A stretch of DNA of 64,000 nucleotides from Escherichia coli (GCF_003334305.1 NZ_QOWS01000008.1); one strand, 5' to 3'. Positions 15,003 through 28,085 are shown, numbered from the stretch's first letter. Made by a program: numbers and translations. Notes: a model not told the origin generated them from the sequence alone.

Positions 15003-15635
15003 ATGGTGCTTGGCAAACCGCAAACAGACCCGACTCTCGAATGGTTCTTGTCTCATTGCCACATTCATAAGTACCCATCCAAGAGCACGCTTATTCACCA
15101 GGGTGAAAAAGCGGAAACGCTGTACTACATCGTTAAAGGCTCTGTGGCAGTGCTGATCAAAGACGAAGAGGGTAAAGAAATGATCCTCTCCTATCTGAAT
15201 CAGGGTGATTTTATTGGCGAACTGGGCCTGTTTGAAGAGGGCCAGGAACGTAGCGCATGGGTACGTGCGAAAACCGCCTGTGAAGTGGCTGAAATTTCGT
15301 ACAAAAAATTTCGCCAATTGATTCAGGTAAACCCGGACATTCTGATGCGTCTGTCTGCACAGATGGCGCGTCGTCTGCAAGTCACTTCAGAGAAAGTGGG
15401 CAACCTGGCGTTCCTCGACGTGACGGGCCGCATTGCACAGACTCTGCTGAACCTGGCAAAACAACCAGATGCTATGACTCACCCGGACGGTATGCAAATC
15501 AAAATTACCCGTCAGGAAATCGGTCAGATTGTCGGCTGTTCTCGTGAAACCGTGGGACGCATTCTGAAGATGCTGGAAGATCAGAACCTGATCTCCGCAC
15601 ACGGTAAAACCATCGTCGTTTACGGCACTCGTTAA
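15003..15635 (+). CDS. crp: cAMP receptor protein (catabolite activator protein)
   Basis: 210-aa [109 protein letters not shown]...[30 protein letters not shown]. Confidence 0.98.
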
Positions 15636-15647
15636 TCCCGTCGGAGT

Positions 15648-15680
15648 GGCGCGTTACCTGGTAGCGCGCCATTTTGTTTC
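15648..15680 (+). terminator. Intrinsic terminator after crp
   Basis: ggcgcg-ttacctggtag-cgcgcc followed by attttgtttc. Confidence 0.7.
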
Positions 15681-15685
15681 CCCCG

Positions 15686-17776
15686 ATGTGGCGCAGACTG
15701 ATTTATCACCCCGATATCAACTATGCACTTCGACAAACGCTGGTGCTATGTTTGCCCGTGGCCGTTGGGTTAATGCTTGGCGAATTACGATTCGGTCTGC
15801 TCTTCTCTCTCGTTCCTGCCTGTTGCAATATTGCGGGCCTTGATACGCCTCATAAACGTTTTTTCAAACGCTTAATCATTGGTGCGTCGCTGTTTGCCAC
15901 CTGTAGCTTACTGACACAGCTGCTACTGGCAAAAGATGTTCCCCTGCCCTTTTTGCTGACCGGATTAACGCTGGTACTTGGCGTCACTGCTGAGTTGGGG
16001 CCATTGCACGCAAAATTGCTTCCCGCATCGCTGCTGGCAGCCATTTTTACCCTCAGTCTGGCGGGATACATGCCGGTCTGGGAACCGTTGCTCATCTATG
16101 CGTTGGGCACTCTCTGGTACGGATTGTTTAACTGGTTTTGGTTCTGGATCTGGCGCGAACAACCGCTGCGCGAGTCACTAAGTCTGCTGTACCGTGAACT
16201 GGCAGATTATTGTGAAGCCAAATACAGCCTGCTTACCCAGCACACCGACCCTGAAAAAGCGCTGCCGCCGCTGCTGGTGCGCCAGCAAAAAGCGGTCGAT
16301 CTAATTACCCAGTGCTATCAGCAAATGCATATGCTTTCCGCGCAAAATAATACTGACTACAAGCGGATGCTGCGTATTTTCCAGGAGGCGCTGGATTTAC
16401 AGGAACATATTTCGGTCAGTTTGCATCAGCCGGAAGAGGTGCAAAAGCTGGTCGAGCGTAGCCATGCGGAAGAAGTTATCCGCTGGAATGCGCAAACCGT
16501 CGCCGCTCGCCTGCGCGTGCTGGCTGATGACATTCTTTACCATCGCCTGCCAACGCGTTTTACGATGGAAAAGCAAATTGGCGCACTGGAAAAAATCGCC
16601 CGCCAGCATCCGGATAATCCGGTTGGGCAATTCTGCTACTGGCATTTCAGCCGCATCGCCCGCGTGCTGCGCACCCAAAAACCGCTCTATGCCCGTGACT
16701 TACTGGCCGATAAACAGCGGCGAATGCCATTACTTCCGGCGCTGAAAAGTTATCTGTCACTAAAGTCTCCGGCGCTACGCAATGCCGGACGACTCAGTGT
16801 GATGTTAAGCGTTGCCAGCCTGATGGGCACCGCGCTGCATCTGCCGAAGTCGTACTGGATCCTGATGACGGTATTGCTGGTGACACAAAATGGCTATGGC
16901 GCAACCCGTCTGAGGATTGTGAATCGCTCCGTGGGAACCGTGGTCGGGTTAATCATTGCGGGCGTGGCGCTGCACTTTAAAATTCCCGAAGGTTACACCC
17001 TGACGTTGATGCTGATTACCACCCTCGCCAGCTACCTGATATTGCGCAAAAACTACGGCTGGGCGACGGTCGGTTTTACTATTACCGCAGTGTATACCCT
17101 GCAACTATTGTGGTTGAACGGCGAGCAATACATCCTTCCGCGTCTTATCGATACCATTATTGGTTGTTTAATTGCTTTCGGCGGTACTGTCTGGCTGTGG
17201 CCGCAGTGGCAGAGCGGGTTATTGCGTAAAAACGCCCATGACGCTTTAGAAGCCTATCAGGAAGCGATTCGCTTGATTCTTAGCGAGGATCCGCAACCTA
17301 CGCCACTGGCCTGGCAGCGAATGCGGGTAAATCAGGCACATAACACTCTGTATAACTCATTGAATCAGGCGATGCAGGAACCGGCGTTTAACAGCCATTA
17401 TCTGGCAGATATGAAACTGTGGGTAACGCACAGCCAGTTTATTGTTGAGCATATTAATGCCATGACCACGCTGGCGCGGGAACACCGGGCATTGCCACCT
17501 GAACTGGCACAAGAGTATTTACAGTCTTGTGAAATCGCCATTCAGCGTTGTCAGCAGCGACTGGAGTATGACGAACCGGGTAGTTCTGGCGATGCCAATA
17601 TCATGGATGCGCCGGAGATGCAGCCGCACGAAGGCGCGGCAGGTACGCTGGAGCAGCATTTACAGCGGGTTATTGGTCATCTGAACACCATGCACACCAT
17701 TTCGTCGATGGCATGGCGTCAGCGACCGCATCACGGGATTTGGCTGAGTCGCAAGTTGCGGGATTCGAAGGCGTAA
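15686..17776 (+). CDS. yhfK: Inner-membrane FUSC-like putative transporter YhfK
   Basis: ORF track begins at a TTG (15674); the first ATG (15686) gives MWRRLIYHPDINYALRQTLVLCLPVAVGLMLG..., about 696 aa; multiple hydrophobic segments in both halves. Confidence 0.88.
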   Translation: MWRRLIYHPDINYALRQTLVLCLPVAVGLMLGELRFGLLFSLVPACCNIAGLDTPHKRFFKRLIIGASLFATCSLLTQLLLAKDVPLPFLLTGLTLVLGVTAELGPLHAKLLPASLLAAIFTLSLAGYMPVWEPLLIYALGTLWYGLFNWFWFWIWREQPLRESLSLLYRELADYCEAKYSLLTQHTDPEKALPPLLVRQQKAVDLITQCYQQMHMLSAQNNTDYKRMLRIFQEALDLQEHISVSLHQPEEVQKLVERSHAEEVIRWNAQTVAARLRVLADDILYHRLPTRFTMEKQIGALEKIARQHPDNPVGQFCYWHFSRIARVLRTQKPLYARDLLADKQRRMPLLPALKSYLSLKSPALRNAGRLSVMLSVASLMGTALHLPKSYWILMTVLLVTQNGYGATRLRIVNRSVGTVVGLIIAGVALHFKIPEGYTLTLMLITTLASYLILRKNYGWATVGFTITAVYTLQLLWLNGEQYILPRLIDTIIGCLIAFGGTVWLWPQWQSGLLRKNAHDALEAYQEAIRLILSEDPQPTPLAWQRMRVNQAHNTLYNSLNQAMQEPAFNSHYLADMKLWVTHSQFIVEHINAMTTLAREHRALPPELAQEYLQSCEIAIQRCQQRLEYDEPGSSGDANIMDAPEMQPHEGAAGTLEQHLQRVIGHLNTMHTISSMAWRQRPHHGIWLSRKLRDSKA

Positions 17777-17842
17777 TGCAGGCTAAACCATCGGATAAGG
17801 CATTCACGCCGCATCCGACATCTTTTGCCTGATGCTTCGTAT

Positions 17843-19078
<1,236 letters not shown>

Positions 19079-19148
19079 TTACGCATAAATAAATGTGAAA
19101 TTATAATCACAAAATATGCATAAAAAATCACTAAATGGCAATCAGAAA

Positions 19149-19712
19149 TCAGCGATGCAGGAAATTAGCCAGCAGTTGATGTCCTTGTTCGCTAAGAATA
19201 CTTTCTGGATGGAACTGCACACCTTCCAGATCCCACTGGCGATGGCGAATCCCCATAATCTCGCGGGTTTCGCTCCTGGCCGTCACGTCAAAGCACGCTG
19301 GTAATGAGTCAGGTTCCACCACCAGCGAATGGTAGCGTGTCACGGTAAGTGGATTTGCCAGCCCCCGAAATACGCCCTCACCGTTATGTGTAATCGGAGA
19401 GGTTTTGCCGTGCATGACCTTTGCGGCGCGCACAACTTTACCGCCAAATGCCTGCGCCATTGCCTGATGACCGAGGCAGACGCCAAGAATCGGCAAGCGC
19501 CCGGCATAGTGGCGAATAACGTCAAGGGAGATCCCGGCTTCATCTGGCGTACAGGGGCCAGGTGAGATGACAATTTTTTGTGGTTTAAGGGCGTCGATAT
19601 CCGCCAGCGTCAACGCATCGTTGCGCTTAACCAGCACATCCGCCCCCAGTTCACAAAAGTACTGGTAGAGGTTCCAGGTAAAAGAATCGTAGTTATCTAT
19701 AAGCAGGATCAT
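19149..19712 (-). CDS. pabA: Aminodeoxychorismate synthase component II (glutamine amidotransferase)
   Basis: 187-aa [64 protein letters not shown]...GVCLGHQA. Confidence 0.95.
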   Translation of the reverse strand: MILLIDNYDSFTWNLYQYFCELGADVLVKRNDALTLADIDALKPQKIVISPGPCTPDEAGISLDVIRHYAGRLPILGVCLGHQAMAQAFGGKVVRAAKVMHGKTSPITHNGEGVFRGLANPLTVTRYHSLVVEPDSLPACFDVTARSETREIMGIRHRQWDLEGVQFHPESILSEQGHQLLANFLHR

Positions 19713-19743
19713 GGCGGCTCCGGTACGAAAGAACCACGCTATT

Positions 19744-20346
19744 TTACTCAGATTCCCCGGCTTCGCTTACCACTTTGCTAAATATCATCTGCAGCGCGGT
19801 GAGATCCCCCATTGCCCCACTCTGATTTGCCTGATTCCAGGCTTCTTTTTCGATACCCTGCCAGCTCAGTTGATATCCGGCATGAATCGCCAGTTGCTCG
19901 AAGAAGATCCGCTGTGCCAGTCCGCTTCCCACACGGAAGGGATGCAGCACGTTGATTTCACAATAGTAATGCGCCAGCCGCTCGACGAACTTCGCTTTCT
20001 CCAGGCCAACCAGATAACCTTCTTCCTCCAGATCCTGCATCAGGGCATTGCCCTCTTTTTCGATATAAGCAAAGTGGCAGAACGGCGTATCGCCCTGATA
20101 AATATCAACTTCACGCAGTTGCCCCGCCCAGTCGAAAATATCCTGATACAGCTGGCGATGGATAGTGCGCAAATGCGGTAAACCGCGCACCAGCGGACCA
20201 AGCTCAATGGTCGCAGCACGCAGCGCCGTCATTTCGTAAGCGGCCTGTTCCAGCCGCTGCTGCTGGTGGATGTTCAGCCGGTTACGCATGATATCAAGGC
20301 CAGGATAAAGATACGGATCGCGCCCTTCGCCGAATTTATCGCTCAT
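19744..20346 (-). CDS. fic: Fic-family protein (cell filamentation protein; adenylyltransferase fold)
   Basis: 200-aa [54 protein letters not shown]...; Fic motif HPFRVGSG present. Confidence 0.93.
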   Translation of the reverse strand: MSDKFGEGRDPYLYPGLDIMRNRLNIHQQQRLEQAAYEMTALRAATIELGPLVRGLPHLRTIHRQLYQDIFDWAGQLREVDIYQGDTPFCHFAYIEKEGNALMQDLEEEGYLVGLEKAKFVERLAHYYCEINVLHPFRVGSGLAQRIFFEQLAIHAGYQLSWQGIEKEAWNQANQSGAMGDLTALQMIFSKVVSEAGESE

Positions 20347-20503
20347 AGTGCCTCCTCAGCTCTTCAAGGCGCGCTAAAGCCTCTGCGGCAGTAAGAGTGA
20401 CTAAAGGCATCTCGACGCCTTCAAGACGGCGACTGGCCTGGAAATTACGATTACGCTGAAGCTCCCAGAGACGGGACTTTTGCTTATCGGTGAGTTTCTT
20501 CAC
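20336..20503 (-). CDS. yhfG: Small protein YhfG (Fic-associated antitoxin-like)
   Basis: Below the ORF-track size cut-off. Hand translation from GTG at 20501-20503: [55 protein letters not shown], stop at 20336-20338, overlapping the fic start by 11 nt. Confidence 0.75.
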   Translation of the reverse strand: MKKLTDKQKSRLWELQRNRNFQASRRLEGVEMPLVTLTAAEALARLEELRRHYER

Positions 20504-20607
20504 TTGATGCCTCCCTGAACGTGTCCATTTGCCACAAGTATAAGCGGCAAATCCGGGTTACGCCGGGAGAGCAGAAGCGCGGGCAAGATTGCCCGCGCGA
20601 AAAATCA

Positions 20608-21189
<582 letters not shown>

Positions 21190-21450
21190 TTAACAAACAG
21201 AGCAGAAAAAAAGCAAGTGAAGAGATTCTAAATAGCCTTCAAGAACAAGGCCATCCCTTTACCTAATTTTACGTATCTGAAATATATGTAACCTGACGAT
21301 CACTTTTTATTCCGTGATCAAAATCACCTCTTAAAATGCAATTTAGCAACCGATTGCAATAAAACATTTAAACAGATCACAAAATCACCTAAAATCGCCC
21401 GCTCGCGGCATATCCCGCTATGCCATTTTATTTTTGAACGCAGGCCAATC

Positions 21451-22632
21451 ATGACTAACAGCAATCGCATCAAGCTCACATGGATTAGCTTTCTCTCCTA
21501 CGCACTGACTGGTGCGTTGGTTATTGTCACCGGGATGGTGATGGGAAATATCGCCGATTATTTCAATCTGCCTGTTTCCAGTATGAGTAACACCTTCACC
21601 TTCCTCAACGCCGGCATTTTAATCTCTATCTTCCTCAACGCCTGGCTGATGGAAATCGTCCCGTTGAAAACGCAGTTACGTTTTGGCTTTCTCCTGATGG
21701 TGCTGGCGGTTGCCGGTTTGATGTTCAGCCACAGCCTGGCGCTGTTCTCGGCGGCGATGTTCATTCTCGGGGTGGTCAGCGGCATCACCATGTCGATTGG
21801 TACATTCCTGGTAACACAAATGTATGAAGGGCGTCAGCGCGGTTCCCGCCTGTTATTTACCGACTCCTTCTTCAGTATGGCTGGGATGATTTTCCCAATG
21901 ATCGCCGCGTTTCTACTGGCGCGCAGCATTGAGTGGTACTGGGTTTATGCCTGCATCGGGCTGGTGTATGTCGCTATTTTTATTCTGACCTTCGGCTGTG
22001 AGTTCCCGGCGCTGGGCAAACATGCGCCAAAAACGGATGCTCCGGTAGAGAAAGAAAAGTGGGGGATCGGCGTACTGTTTCTCTCTGTTGCGGCGCTGTG
22101 CTACATCCTCGGTCAGTTAGGTTTTATCTCCTGGGTGCCTGAGTATGCCAAAGGCCTGGGCATGAGCCTGAACGACGCGGGCACGCTGGTGAGTAACTTC
22201 TGGATGTCATACATGGTCGGCATGTGGGCGTTCAGCTTTATTCTTCGCTTCTTTGATTTGCAACGCATTCTGACCGTACTGGCTGGTCTGGCTGCGATTC
22301 TGATGTACGTCTTTAACACCGGAACACCAGCACATATGGCGTGGTCAATTCTCGCTCTGGGCTTCTTCTCCAGCGCGATCTATACCACCATCATCACCCT
22401 GGGTTCACAGCAGACCAAAGTACCGTCGCCAAAACTGGTTAACTTTGTCCTGACCTGCGGAACCATCGGTACTATGTTGACCTTTGTGGTTACCGGCCCG
22501 ATTGTTGAACATAGCGGTCCGCAGGCGGCACTGCTTACAGCAAACGGTCTGTACGCTGTCGTCTTTGTGATGTGCTTCCTGTTAGGTTTCGTCAGCCGTC
22601 ACCGTCAGCATAACACCCTGACCTCTCATTAA
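21451..22632 (+). CDS. tsgA: MFS-type transporter TsgA
   Basis: 393-aa [49 protein letters not shown]...; about 12 hydrophobic segments. Confidence 0.9.
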
Positions 22633-22792
22633 TTGCTAATGCCGGACGGCACTATCGTCGTCCGGCCTTTTCCTCTCTTCCCCCGCTACGTGCATCTATT
22701 TCTATAAACCCGTTCATTTTGTCTATTTTTTGCACAAACATGAAATATCAGACAATTCCGTGACTTAAGAAAATTTATACAAATCAGCAATA

Positions 22793-22808
22793 TACCCCTT
22801 AAGGAGTA
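22793..22808 (+). promoter_or_regulatory. NarL/NarP 7-2-7 heptamer pair of the nirB promoter
   Basis: TACCCCT-TA-AGGAGTA: inverted TACYYMT heptamers, spaced from the FNR site as expected for the nirB promoter architecture. Confidence 0.65.
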
Positions 22809-22821
22809 TATAAAGGTGAAT

Positions 22822-22835
22822 TTGATTTACATCAA
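22822..22835 (+). promoter_or_regulatory. FNR binding site of the nirB promoter
   Basis: TTGATTTACATCAA is an exact FNR consensus (TTGAT-N4-ATCAA), centred about 65 bp upstream of the nirB ATG. Confidence 0.85.
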
Positions 22836-22893
22836 TAAGCGGGGTTGCTGAATCGTTAAGGTAGGCGGTAATAGAAAAGAAATCGAGGCAAAA

Positions 22894-25437
22894 ATGAGCA
22901 AAGTCAGACTCGCAATTATCGGTAACGGTATGGTCGGCCATCGCTTTATCGAAGATCTTCTTGATAAATCTGATGCGGCCAACTTTGATATTACCGTTTT
23001 CTGTGAAGAACCGCGCATCGCTTATGACCGCGTACACCTCTCGTCTTACTTCTCTCACCACACCGCCGAAGAGCTGTCGCTGGTGCGCGAAGGCTTCTAC
23101 GAGAAACACGGCATCAAAGTTCTGGTCGGCGAACGCGCTATCACCATCAACCGTCAGGAGAAGGTGATTCACTCCAGCGCCGGGCGTACCGTTTTTTATG
23201 ACAAGCTGATCATGGCGACCGGTTCCTACCCGTGGATCCCGCCAATCAAAGGTTCTGATACTCAGGACTGCTTTGTCTATCGCACCATTGAAGACCTCAA
23301 CGCCATTGAATCCTGCGCCCGTCGCAGCAAACGCGGTGCCGTTGTTGGTGGCGGCCTGTTAGGTCTGGAAGCCGCTGGCGCGCTGAAAAACTTAGGTATT
23401 GAAACCCACGTTATCGAATTTGCCCCTATGCTGATGGCGGAACAGCTTGATCAGATGGGTGGCGAGCAGCTGCGTCGCAAAATCGAAAGTATGGGCGTGC
23501 GCGTTCACACCAGCAAAAACACCCTTGAGATTGTGCAGGAAGGTGTCGAAGCGCGTAAAACCATGCGTTTTGCCGACGGCAGCGAGCTGGAAGTTGACTT
23601 TATCGTCTTCTCTACCGGTATCCGTCCGCGCGATAAGCTGGCAACCCAGTGTGGTCTGGACGTTGCTCCGCGTGGGGGTATCGTCATTAATGATTCCTGC
23701 CAGACTTCCGATCCGGATATCTACGCCATCGGTGAATGCGCAAGCTGGAACAACCGTGTATTTGGTCTGGTAGCACCAGGCTACAAAATGGCGCAGGTCG
23801 CCGTTGACCATATTCTGGGTAGCGAAAACGCCTTTGAAGGTGCTGACCTTAGCGCCAAGCTGAAACTGCTGGGCGTAGACGTAGGCGGTATTGGTGATGC
23901 GCACGGTCGCACGCCTGGCGCACGTAGCTACGTTTACCTCGACGAAAGTAAAGAGATCTACAAACGCCTGATTGTCAGCGAAGACAACAAAACCCTGCTC
24001 GGTGCGGTACTGGTGGGCGATACCAGCGACTACGGTAACCTGCTGCAACTGGTGCTGAACGCTATCGAACTGCCGGAAAACCCGGATTCCCTGATCCTGC
24101 CAGCACACTCTGGTAGCGGCAAGCCGTCTATCGGTGTTGATAAACTGCCGGACAGCGCGCAAATCTGCTCCTGCTTCGACGTCACCAAAGGTGATCTGAT
24201 TGCTGCCATCAACAAAGGCTGCCACACCGTTGCGGCGCTGAAAGCTGAAACCAAAGCGGGTACTGGCTGCGGTGGCTGTATCCCGCTGGTTACTCAGGTA
24301 CTGAACGCGGAACTGGCGAAACAGGGCATCGAAGTTAACAACAACCTGTGCGAACACTTTGCTTATTCGCGTCAGGAACTGTTCCATTTGATCCGCGTTG
24401 AAGGCATTAAAACCTTCGAAGAACTGCTGGCGAAACACGGCAAAGGCTACGGTTGTGAAGTTTGTAAACCAACCGTCGGTTCGCTGCTGGCCTCCTGCTG
24501 GAACGAATACATTCTGAAGCCGGAACATACTCCGCTGCAGGATTCTAACGATAACTTCCTCGCTAACATCCAGAAAGACGGCACCTACTCGGTGATCCCG
24601 CGCTCTCCGGGCGGTGAAATCACCCCGGAAGGGCTGATGGCGGTAGGTCGTATCGCGCGTGAATTTAATCTCTACACCAAGATCACTGGCTCCCAGCGTC
24701 TGGCGATGTTTGGCGCACAGAAAGACGATCTGCCGGAAATCTGGCGTCAGCTGATTGAAGCTGGCTTCGAAACCGGTCATGCCTATGCGAAAGCACTGCG
24801 TATGGCGAAAACCTGCGTGGGTAGCACCTGGTGCCGCTACGGTGTTGGCGATAGCGTCGGCCTCGGCGTGGAACTGGAAAACCGCTACAAAGGCATCCGT
24901 ACGCCGCACAAAATGAAGTTCGGTGTCTCCGGCTGTACCCGTGAATGTTCAGAAGCTCAGGGTAAAGACGTGGGTATTATCGCCACTGAAAAAGGCTGGA
25001 ACCTGTATGTTTGCGGTAACGGCGGCATGAAACCGCGTCATGCGGATCTGCTGGCAGCGGATATCGATCGCGAAACGCTGATCAAATATCTCGACCGCTT
25101 CATGATGTTCTACATCCGTACCGCCGACAAACTGACGCGTACCGCGCCGTGGTTAGAAAACCTCGAAGGCGGCATCGATTATCTGAAAGCGGTGATCATT
25201 GACGACAAACTGGGGCTGAACGCACATCTGGAAGAAGAGATGGCGCGCCTGCGTGAAGCGGTAGTGTGTGAGTGGACTGAAACGGTCAATACACCGTCCG
25301 CGCAGACTCGCTTCAAACACTTCATCAACAGCGACAAGCGTGACCCGAACGTACAGATGGTGCCAGAGCGCGAACAGCACCGTCCGGCAACGCCGTATGA
25401 ACGTATCCCGGTAACTCTGGTGGAGGACAACGCATGA
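22894..25437 (+). CDS. nirB: NADH-dependent nitrite reductase large subunit
   Basis: 847-aa ORF MSKVRLAIIGNGMVGHRFIEDLLDKSDAANFDITVFCEEPRIAYDRVHLS...; FAD/NAD dinucleotide folds, Fe-S and siroheme motifs. Confidence 0.97.
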   Translation: MSKVRLAIIGNGMVGHRFIEDLLDKSDAANFDITVFCEEPRIAYDRVHLSSYFSHHTAEELSLVREGFYEKHGIKVLVGERAITINRQEKVIHSSAGRTVFYDKLIMATGSYPWIPPIKGSDTQDCFVYRTIEDLNAIESCARRSKRGAVVGGGLLGLEAAGALKNLGIETHVIEFAPMLMAEQLDQMGGEQLRRKIESMGVRVHTSKNTLEIVQEGVEARKTMRFADGSELEVDFIVFSTGIRPRDKLATQCGLDVAPRGGIVINDSCQTSDPDIYAIGECASWNNRVFGLVAPGYKMAQVAVDHILGSENAFEGADLSAKLKLLGVDVGGIGDAHGRTPGARSYVYLDESKEIYKRLIVSEDNKTLLGAVLVGDTSDYGNLLQLVLNAIELPENPDSLILPAHSGSGKPSIGVDKLPDSAQICSCFDVTKGDLIAAINKGCHTVAALKAETKAGTGCGGCIPLVTQVLNAELAKQGIEVNNNLCEHFAYSRQELFHLIRVEGIKTFEELLAKHGKGYGCEVCKPTVGSLLASCWNEYILKPEHTPLQDSNDNFLANIQKDGTYSVIPRSPGGEITPEGLMAVGRIAREFNLYTKITGSQRLAMFGAQKDDLPEIWRQLIEAGFETGHAYAKALRMAKTCVGSTWCRYGVGDSVGLGVELENRYKGIRTPHKMKFGVSGCTRECSEAQGKDVGIIATEKGWNLYVCGNGGMKPRHADLLAADIDRETLIKYLDRFMMFYIRTADKLTRTAPWLENLEGGIDYLKAVIIDDKLGLNAHLEEEMARLREAVVCEWTETVNTPSAQTRFKHFINSDKRDPNVQMVPEREQHRPATPYERIPVTLVEDNA

Positions 25438-25760
25438 GCCAGTGGAAAGACATCTGCAAAATCGATGACATCCTGCCTGAAACCGGCGTCTGCGCGCTGT
25501 TAGGCGACGAGCAGGTCGCGATTTTCCGCCCGTATCACAGCGACCAGGTGTTTGCGATCAGCAACATCGATCCGTTCTTCGAGTCCAGCGTGCTGTCACG
25601 CGGGCTGATTGCGGAACACCAAGGCGAGCTGTGGGTCGCCAGCCCGCTGAAAAAACAGCGTTTTCGCTTAAGTGATGGCTTGTGCATGGAAGACGAACAG
25701 TTTTCCGTCAAACATTACGAAGCACGAGTGAAAGACGGCGTGGTGCAGCTGCGCGGTTAA
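25434..25760 (+). CDS. nirD: Nitrite reductase small subunit (Rieske-like)
   Basis: 108-aa ORF MSQWKDICKIDDILPETGVCALLGDEQVAIFRPYHSDQVFAISNIDPFF...; 4-nt overlap with the nirB stop. Confidence 0.95.
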   Translation: MSQWKDICKIDDILPETGVCALLGDEQVAIFRPYHSDQVFAISNIDPFFESSVLSRGLIAEHQGELWVASPLKKQRFRLSDGLCMEDEQFSVKHYEARVKDGVVQLRG

Positions 25761-25769
25761 TGTTTTAAC

Positions 25770-25794
25770 GGGAGGCGCAATGCCTCCCCTTTTT
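25770..25794 (+). terminator. Hairpin plus T-tract between nirD and nirC (intra-operon attenuator or terminator candidate)
   Basis: gggaggc-gcaat-gcctccc followed by cttttt, 10 nt after the nirD stop. Confidence 0.6.
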
Positions 25795-25886
25795 GCATGG
25801 TCCTGTAATGACCTTCGGTATATTGCAGGACATTTTTTAAACTTTTTGTTTTATTTTTTTGTTTTTATTTTTTAAAGGATAATCAA

Positions 25887-26693
25887 ATGTTTACAGACAC
25901 TATTAATAAGTGTGCGGCTAACGCTGCGCGCATTGCACGCCTGTCGGCAAATAACCCGCTCGGCTTTTGGGTCAGCTCCGCCATGGCGGGCGCGTATGTG
26001 GGTCTTGGGATCATCTTGATTTTCACGCTCGGTAATTTGCTCGACCCGTCCGTACGTCCGCTGGTGATGGGCGCGACCTTTGGTATCGCCTTAACGCTGG
26101 TGATTATCGCCGGTTCTGAACTGTTCACCGGACACACCATGTTCCTCACCTTTGGGGTAAAAGCGGGCAGCATCAGCCACGGGCAAATGTGGGCAATCCT
26201 GCCGCAAACCTGGCTGGGTAATCTGGTCGGTTCCGTCTTCGTTGCCATGCTCTATAGCTGGGGTGGCGGTAGCCTGCTGCCGGTAGATACCAGCATCGTT
26301 CACTCCGTCGCGCTGGCTAAAACCACTGCACCGGCAATGGTACTGTTCTTCAAAGGTGCATTGTGTAACTGGCTGGTTTGCCTGGCTATCTGGATGGCGC
26401 TGCGCACTGAAGGGGCGGCGAAATTTATCGCTATCTGGTGGTGTCTGCTGGCGTTTATTGCATCCGGTTATGAGCACTCCATCGCTAACATGACGCTGTT
26501 CGCGCTCTCCTGGTTCGGCAACCACAGCGAAGCCTACACGCTGGCGGGTATTGGTCATAACCTGCTGTGGGTGACGCTGGGTAATACTTTATCAGGTGCC
26601 GTATTCATGGGATTGGGTTATTGGTATGCTACGCCGAAAGCGAATCGTCCGGTTGCGGACAAATTTAATCAAACTGAAACGGCTGCCGGTTAA
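25887..26693 (+). CDS. nirC: Nitrite transporter NirC (formate/nitrite transporter family)
   Basis: 268-aa ORF MFTDTINKCAANAARIARLSANNPLGFWVSSAMAGAYVGLGIILIFTLG... Confidence 0.95.
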   Translation: MFTDTINKCAANAARIARLSANNPLGFWVSSAMAGAYVGLGIILIFTLGNLLDPSVRPLVMGATFGIALTLVIIAGSELFTGHTMFLTFGVKAGSISHGQMWAILPQTWLGNLVGSVFVAMLYSWGGGSLLPVDTSIVHSVALAKTTAPAMVLFFKGALCNWLVCLAIWMALRTEGAAKFIAIWWCLLAFIASGYEHSIANMTLFALSWFGNHSEAYTLAGIGHNLLWVTLGNTLSGAVFMGLGYWYATPKANRPVADKFNQTETAAG

Positions 26694-26711
26694 TTACTAA
26701 GGGGTTTTTAC

Positions 26712-28085
26712 GTGGATCATTTGCCTATATTTTGCCAATTACGCGATCGCGACTGTCTGATTGTCGGCGGTGGTGATGTCGCGGAACGCAAAGCAAGGTT
26801 GCTGTTAGACGCAGGCGCTCGCTTAACGGTGAATGCATTAGCGTTTATTCCACAGTTCACCGCATGGGCAGATGCAGGCATGTTAACCCTCGTCGAAGGG
26901 CCATTTGATGAAAGCCTTCTCGACACCTGCTGGCTGGCGATTGCAGCGACGGATGATGACGCGCTTAACCAGCGCGTCAGCGAAGCCGCTGAAGCTCGTC
27001 GCATCTTCTGTAACGTGGTCGATGCGCCGAAAGCCGCCAGCTTTATTATGCCGTCGATTATTGACCGCTCACCGCTCATGGTAGCGGTCTCCTCTGGCGG
27101 CACCTCTCCGGTTCTGGCACGCCTGTTGCGCGAAAAACTTGAATCACTGCTGCCGTTACATCTGGGCCAGGTAGCGAAATACGCCGGGCAATTACGCGGT
27201 CGAGTGAAACAACAGTTCGCCACGATGGGTGAGCGTCGCCGTTTCTGGGAGAAATTGTTTGTTAACGACCGCCTGGCGCAGTCGCTGGCCAACAACGATC
27301 AGAAAGCCATTACTGAAACGACCGAACAGTTAATCAACGAACCGCTCGACCATCGCGGTGAAGTGGTGCTGGTTGGTGCAGGTCCGGGCGATGCCGGGCT
27401 GCTGACACTGAAAGGACTGCAACAAATTCAGCAGGCAGATGTGGTGGTCTACGACCGTCTGGTTTCTGACGATATTATGAATCTGGTACGCCGCGATGCG
27501 GACCGTGTTTTCGTCGGCAAACGCGCGGGATACCACTGCGTACCCCAGGAAGAGATTAACCAGATCCTGCTGCGGGAAGCGCAAAAAGGCAAACGCGTGG
27601 TGCGGCTGAAAGGTGGCGATCCGTTTATTTTTGGCCGTGGTGGCGAAGAGCTGGAAACACTGTGCAACGCGGGTATTCCGTTCTCGGTGGTTCCGGGTAT
27701 TACCGCAGCTTCTGGTTGCTCTGCCTATTCGGGTATTCCGCTCACGCATCGCGATTATGCCCAGAGCGTGCGCTTAATTACCGGACACTTAAAAACTGGT
27801 GGCGAGCTGGACTGGGAAAACCTGGCGGCAGAAAAACAGACGCTGGTGTTCTATATGGGGCTGAATCAGGCTGCGACTATTCAGCAAAAGCTGATTGAAC
27901 ACGGTATGCCTGGCGAAATGCCGGTGGCAATTGTCGAAAACGGAACAGCAGTCACGCAGCGCGTGATTGACGGTACGCTCACGCAACTCGGTGAACTTGC
28001 TCAGCAAATGAACAGTCCATCGCTAATTATTATTGGTCGGGTTGTTGGCCTGCGCGATAAACTGAACTGGTTCTCCAACCATTAA
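26712..28085 (+). CDS. cysG: Siroheme synthase (uroporphyrinogen-III methyltransferase / precorrin-2 dehydrogenase / ferrochelatase)
   Basis: 457-aa ORF starting at GTG: [40 protein letters not shown]...; C-terminal SAM-methyltransferase domain ([18 protein letters not shown]). Confidence 0.96.

Noticed and set aside
23392-24909. 505-aa ORF on the minus strand inside nirB
   Set aside because: Antisense to a well-conserved, full-length nirB. Composition is Arg/Ala/Phe-rich, typical of GC-rich antisense frames.
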